The notes below the pieces were generated by a model that made no database searches, was not told the origin of the DNA, and saw only the letters and a program-made list of their open reading frames with translations. Below, piece after piece: positions 52,671 to 58,422 of a DNA stretch of 58,422 nucleotides. The DNA comes from Octopus bimaculoides. Lineage: Eukaryota. The stretch is from assembly GCF_001194135.2 (NCBI RefSeq), contig NC_068988.1:25909044-25967465 (forward strand). The letters run 5' to 3'. Made by a program: the position numbers and the translations under genes. Within the stretch, counting starts at the first letter, position 1, and each line of letters begins with the position of its first letter.

Positions 52671-53299
52671 TGTTTAGGAATATACACAGTTTGAAGCACA
52701 CATGTACCATATACCTGTCATTAAGTACAACCTCTAACAGATCTATATCCATGCCTTGATTCGACTACAAAGACATAACTCGACTAATATCACCCATGTA
52801 CACACATGTAAAAGTAGTCCACAGTGGACACAAAGAAGAACACGTACAAATGTGCATTCACTCACGCAGGAATAGAACCGCACGACATGCGAATTGGCAT
52901 CACGTTGAAAATATATACAGCAAAATTATATTAAAAAACACTAATACTAAAGTAGCTGAAAAACGCACACACACTGGAACGTTGACCATATAATATTCAA
53001 AGACAGACAAATACACATACAGACACCTTTCTTCGAGCTTTTCTGACGTCCATCTACTGTCTTCCTCTCTTTTTTTTTTTTGCTTTCCGGTCATTTTCAA
53101 AATGGCGCTGATTTTAGTCACTAGCGTTACCATTCTGTTTCCAATGTCTTTCTTTACTTTTCTTTTTCCTCATGCTTTTTCGGCTTAACTTTCATATAAA
53201 GGACCTATGTCCAAACGTTAGAGATATCTCTATTTTTTTTTAACGTTAGCATAATAAATCAATTTTATCTTTGCCTCTTTTTTTGCATGTGTTGTTTTT

Positions 53300-54060
53300 T
53301 ACACTTACGTGTACCAAACACTCCGGCGGATCTACTTATTCGCCATTGATTTTCTGCATCAACTCTTAGAGTTACAACATACCGGATTGCATTTCAGATT
53401 AGCAATTCGGATTATACTCGACAGATTTTCTTTCATTTTCATCTTACCAATTTTCTGCTACTCTTCCCTTCATAATATTCCCCAACCCTTTTTCCTCTCA
53501 TGTTCTGGTCTAAATAGCTTCTCTTTCATTCCATTTTTGCTATTTCGCTGTAAAGTATATTCTCAGTTTCTTTCTCTACAATCAATATAACCACCATTCA
53601 CAACCCATTCCCTTCTTTACATAATCTGTTTCCAACTTTCCTTTCACCTTTCGAACAACTCATTTCCAAAAGCACTTAAGCCAGCTCTTAAGGTCTGTTT
53701 AACCTATCTGCTTCCGCCACTAGTACTTTCTTCTTCAATCCAACCGAATTTCACCCTCAGTGCACGCTTTCTCATGTATGGTTGTATCAGTTTAACATTT
53801 TTCAAAATCTGCTCAATTTGTCGTAACCTTTACCAAGGTTATCTCATTGTATCCTCTCTCCATTGCATGCAGCACCTCTCCTATTTTAGTTGCTTCTTTA
53901 TCGAGCAACTTGTTTAGCTGGTATTTTCCTTACGTGTTCTTACAGCAACACAGACTTGTCACTCCACAAAGAGTTGCGCAATACAAAATGCAATAGCAAT
54001 CGCACGAAAATCGTCTTCTCCATTTACACCAGTCATAAACTTGACATTCTTCTCTGAAAT
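53300..54060 (-). mobile_element. Possible highly decayed LINE (RTE-like) coding relic
   Basis: Purine-rich minus strand with broken K/E/R/W-rich frames (EWWLY, RKKLRIYFTAK*QKWNE) like the EN-RT linker; no clean motif. Confidence 0.25.
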
Positions 54061-54244
54061 CTAGCGCAATTTTTTAGGACGGTGTATATTCACACTTTTC
54101 TTGGTTGAATCTATTACACGGTGATGCGTGGTAACAAACGTACTTTTCCCACACAGTTCATACACTGCAAATTTAATGAAATCTTCTATACACAAACACT
54201 CATATAAACAAGCCTCTAAATGCATACACATGCATGTACGTATG

Positions 54245-54392
54245 TGGGTGCGTGGTAAGAACTTTGCTTCCGAATATGACAGTTCGAGGTTCAATCGTAC
54301 TGCGTGGAAGCTGGCAAAAGTGTTTTCTACTTGAGCCTTCGTCTCTCTTCAAAGCCTTGCGAGTGGATTCGGTAGGTGGAAACTGAGAATAC
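54245..54392 (+). mobile_element. SINE family A head ending in (CATA)n
   Basis: GTGCGTGGTAAGAACTTTGCTTCC...GGTTCAATCGTACTGCGTGG...AAAGCCTTGCGAGTGGATTCGGTAGGTGGAAACTGA. Confidence 0.75.
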
Positions 54393-54441
54393 ATACATAC
54401 ATACATACATACATACATGCATATCTATATGCATATATATA

Positions 54442-54600
54442 TGGTTGAAATTGAAATTTATAGGAAAGCAAAAGACGAAGACAGGTGTATGAACAAAAAG
54501 CAAGTGTAGTAGTGTGCCGCTCGGCGAAAATGAAGAAGTCCTTTACGTTTCGAGCCTACGCTCTTCAACAAAAAACGAATAAGAGAAAATAAACAGAGGG
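54442..54600 (-). mobile_element. Probable PLE terminal-repeat relic with hammerhead-like core
   Basis: Minus strand TTGTTGA-A-GAGC-GTAG-GCTC-GAAAC, followed by a pyrimidine-rich tail ending at (TA)n. Confidence 0.55.
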
Positions 54601-55389
54601 AGAATGAAAAACATAACCGGTGTTCGGGCGTTTACGTAGTCGTAACTTGGCGCTTCAGCTCAAAAGATGGTTAGAATAACTATCAGACTTAAAGAATTAT
54701 AAGTACTGGTGTGTGTGTATGTGTGTGTGAGTTTGTGTGTGCGCGCGTGTGCGTGCTACCATTAACTAATTTTCCACCTAGCTGAATATGTCAGTCTATC
54801 TCTTCATTATACACTACTCACTAAGAGCGAATGTTTACAAGCTTTGGATCCGGTTACATTTAAGGAAGTTGCTCAGCTGCTTCAATATTTTTGAGTTAAC
54901 ACAATGGAAACAACAATAGTTATGCCATTATAAAATCATAAAATAATTATGCAGGCCATATGACGTCGATGTTCCATGGGTTGTTTCGAGATAAATTACA
55001 TATAAAATCAAAACGCATCGCATTCAGAGAAGAATAATGAGAGAAAGGAAATGTTGACATACAGAGGGGAAATACGATCTGTAAATAATGAGGGAAAAAT
55101 AAGAGAATTATGTAGACAAAAATTAGACAAAAAATTGAAAGATATACGAATTTAAAAGATAAAAGCGGAATGACAGTAGTAAAATTTTAGTCAGATGAAT
55201 GGGTTTAGAGAGAGTGATTAAGTAAAGAAGGTATTGAGATCGTGACGGATTTCAAAGGACGTCGACATTTGCATGCACACACTCACACGCGCGCATACAT
55301 ATATACATACATACGCACACGGACGCACGCACACACACACATATACACACACAAACACATACTTATTATCCCTATGCCTGTGCCAGGCA

Positions 55390-56050
55390 ACAGTTTGCAA
55401 CTACTAAGGAACTATTTAAACTATCAGAGAGACTTGCCAAAGTCGGTTGCCAAATCAACTTTCGAAAGCAATACAATACCCAACACAATCAAGAACATAC
55501 ACTTACCATTATGCTTCTACTTATCAAACCTTAGGCAGCCTCTAGGTTACTTATGCAAATTCTGCATCTCGAAAATCATGCAACACTCACAGTACCAACT
55601 CCAGCAACACGCACAAAAATCACCGACACACTTCCAAAATTAATTTTGTCACTGCTCCAGGAAACAACCGCTGCTAGAAATTGATGTTATCACAGCCGCT
55701 TCAATCTTGTGAAGGAACGCCTAAAACGAAAATTCCCATTGCTTTGTAAGATACACCACCGGAACAACGATTCTTCAGGCCACAACGACAGAGACAGTCA
55801 GTGTTCGCGAAATACTATATTGATAATTGATGTCATTCACGTGAAAAGCGAAATAAAAACAAAAAACGCTTGAAAACGACTTAAGAAAAAATTTAAATCA
55901 AGATGTTATCCCAAAGTGAGGAAATTGGAACATTATCCCATGAAAGCTCCTTAAACGCTGATGAAGGGACTTTAGGTCAGAAATATTGGACAGATAAAAG
56001 AACAGTAACAACAATTAATAAAACAACAAAGATTACCAGGTAACTTACTT
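55390..56050 (+). mobile_element. Probable PLE 3' relic (decayed coding region plus hammerhead-like core)
   Basis: Broken K/H-rich frames (KERLKRK...HH...GHN) weakly like GIY-YIG C-termini, ending just before CTGATGA-AGGGAC-TTTAG-GTCA-GAAA at 55958-55983. Confidence 0.45.
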
Positions 56051-58226
56051 TTAATTTGAGGTAAACTCAGTAGATGTACTACTTTACACTTTTTTGATCA
56101 GTCTTTGCACAATTAATTCTCATTGAATTCTATAATTTGAAGACCCGCACACATAGGAATACAGATACATGGACGCATACGAATACAAAAACTCATGCAA
56201 ATACACGAATTACATATACATATACATAAACATATGTATATGTGTGTGTATATGTGTGTGTTCTGCACCTACACAAATCTACAAATCTAGCTTCGAATTA
56301 CTATACCAGAAGCACACTCAATTTTAGAACCCCAATTTAAAACAAGTATTGTTCCCTAAAAATATGAAGGTGTTTGAAGAGTAGAATACTCGTACACTTG
56401 ATGCTGAGTATCATATCTGAATAAATGCAAATCTGATAATGAAAGGTATTTTAATTCGTGCTTGAGACAAAACACCTACCTACTCCATATGCTAATATTC
56501 ATTTCTAAATGTGGATTTAAAATGCTTCCAAGACTACAAATACCAGATTGTATTATGAGAAAGCACGAATTTTTAACATTAAATTTTAATCAGCGACAAA
56601 GTCTTATATTATTAATTTTTTATTATATTTAGAAGAGCACAGGTTATCCTTAGTAATAGCAATTCGCTTCACTACCGATTGATGTCACAGTACTTCTCAT
56701 TCATGAAACAAAATTTCTAAAAGACAAATGCGTCGTTTACTTGATGGATGATCCACTTGGAATAATGTCTGAAAATATTGAGAAATGTAGAGATCAATGA
56801 GTTAAAGTCCACAAGCATTCTATATCTACAAATTCATATCTTTCCTGCAGTACATTTAGATATTTTCTTTAAAAAAATGTCTTTCCAAATTACTATATTG
56901 CCTATAATAAATATTTCTCATTGGCGTACTTAAAACATGTGAGTAGAACGAGCTATCGAACAAGGAGACCAATAAAATCAGTCGGCTAAATATATTGACA
57001 TCACCCGTAAAACATATAAACTGAACCTAAGATGCATTTCATGAACTAAATAAACTGTAGCTAGATATGTGTTATCGTTAAATTCTTCAAATAATCAGAG
57101 TGTCAATGTCATTCAAGTATAAACTGATACTAATAACGCATTGCAAAAGAGCCGACCGTAAAAGTTTTATCATCAGGAACTGCGCCAAACACTTAAGAAT
57201 TGTCATAGAAATAATGAAGTTTATACATTAGTATGCACAAAGGAAAGATATACACGCGGTGACCATAACTTTAATCACCAAATAAATAACATCTACTCTC
57301 GCAGGCAAGAGGAATTTACAGCATCATGCCTTTTAAATGCAATAGGAGTTACAACATATAACACAGCTAGACAGGAAAATATTAAACTGATAGCGAAAGT
57401 AAAATATAGAACCTTTCAGCATGCGAGAATTAGAATCATTAAATGTACTTTAACGCCGAAGTACAACGTAGAAGTTAATATAGATAACGCTACCTTGCGG
57501 GAAAGAAACTAGAGTTTGATTGCTAGCATATCTTTAGCATTGAATTCTTAACATTTCGCTTTTAGCAATATGGTAGTCTTTAGCGCAACGTTAATCACGT
57601 GCTTTTTACAGATTTGCAATAACGCATACACTTCATGCAGAATGCCGAGAAAGGTTGATGTGACTAGAAACATAATTCTTGAAAATAGAAAACCGATCGG
57701 GAAAATAACAAGAATAAGAAAATACGATATCATTTATCAAAAAGATAAAGCTTTAGCACAAACCACGTTTTGCTCATTCTAGCTACCAGTTCTCTGTCCA
57801 ATAATCTCTCACACTTTCCGTCTATCATTATTGATATCCTGTATCCTGGTACGTCTTACCCACTCTGTATAACGCAACTTTATGCAAATAGTTACTATTT
57901 TATTTTGTATATCTATATTAGAAGCATGAGGCTGACGATGCGGGGGAATATATATTTATATCACAAAATCAAGGCAATTACTTCATTTCACCTGAGCAAA
58001 GTTATCCATCAATAGGTGACCAGACATATTGATTTATAACCAGCATGAAATATTTTGATGTTATATTGGTCTCCTCTAACGGCGTAAGTGAATGATCAAT
58101 GAAATAGGTCGAACACACACACGCACACACAAACGCACAGATACTTATATATATATATATATATATATTTAAATATACATAAATACATATACAGAGATAT
58201 TTCTCTACTTCTTGATAGTCTTATCA

Positions 58227-58227
<1 letters not shown>

Positions 58228-58309
<82 letters not shown>

Positions 58310-58310
58310 G
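58228..58310. repeat. (ATT)n microsatellite
   Basis: Directly visible; explains the poly-Ile and poly-Asn ORFs. Confidence 0.97.
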
Positions 58311-58422
58311 ATATTATTACTATAATGACGTAGCTGAGATAAAAATACACGAACAAAATTACAATTGTAATTGGACATAGAACTCAATACATGAGGCAAA
58401 TATAAACAATACTGAGACAATA

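Noticed and set aside
55689-55707. TATCACAGCC, a miR-2-like start
   Set aside because: The match stops after 10 nt, there is no complementary arm, and it lies within a probable PLE relic.

Overview
AT-rich eukaryotic genomic DNA with 11 N-gaps, dense microsatellites and several tRNA-derived SINE families. The repeat repertoire looks like Octopus (inference from repeat content, not a database match). I recognise no host protein-coding gene, rRNA, tRNA or snRNA. Nearly all ORFs in the track are microsatellite or gap artefacts or transposon remnants, so this is probably a large intron or intergenic region. It contains a 5'-truncated but fairly intact R4/Dong-like (RT + CCHC + REL endonuclease) LINE at 47.0-49.1 kb, a decayed DD34D mariner, two maT-like Tc1/mariner 3' fragments, a Tx1/L1 3' fragment, several Penelope-like (PLE) relics and about 20 SINE copies. 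The most notable observations are six degenerate hammerhead-ribozyme-like cores from apparently different PLE-type families (three followed by a 5' splice donor), a site hit repeatedly by SINEs with a reiterated target motif, an orphan ~145-bp insertion with a 7-bp TSD, inverted SINE pairs (possible ADAR substrates), a tight three-way RNA junction and a G4-forming 16-bp minisatellite. I did not find an intact novel system.
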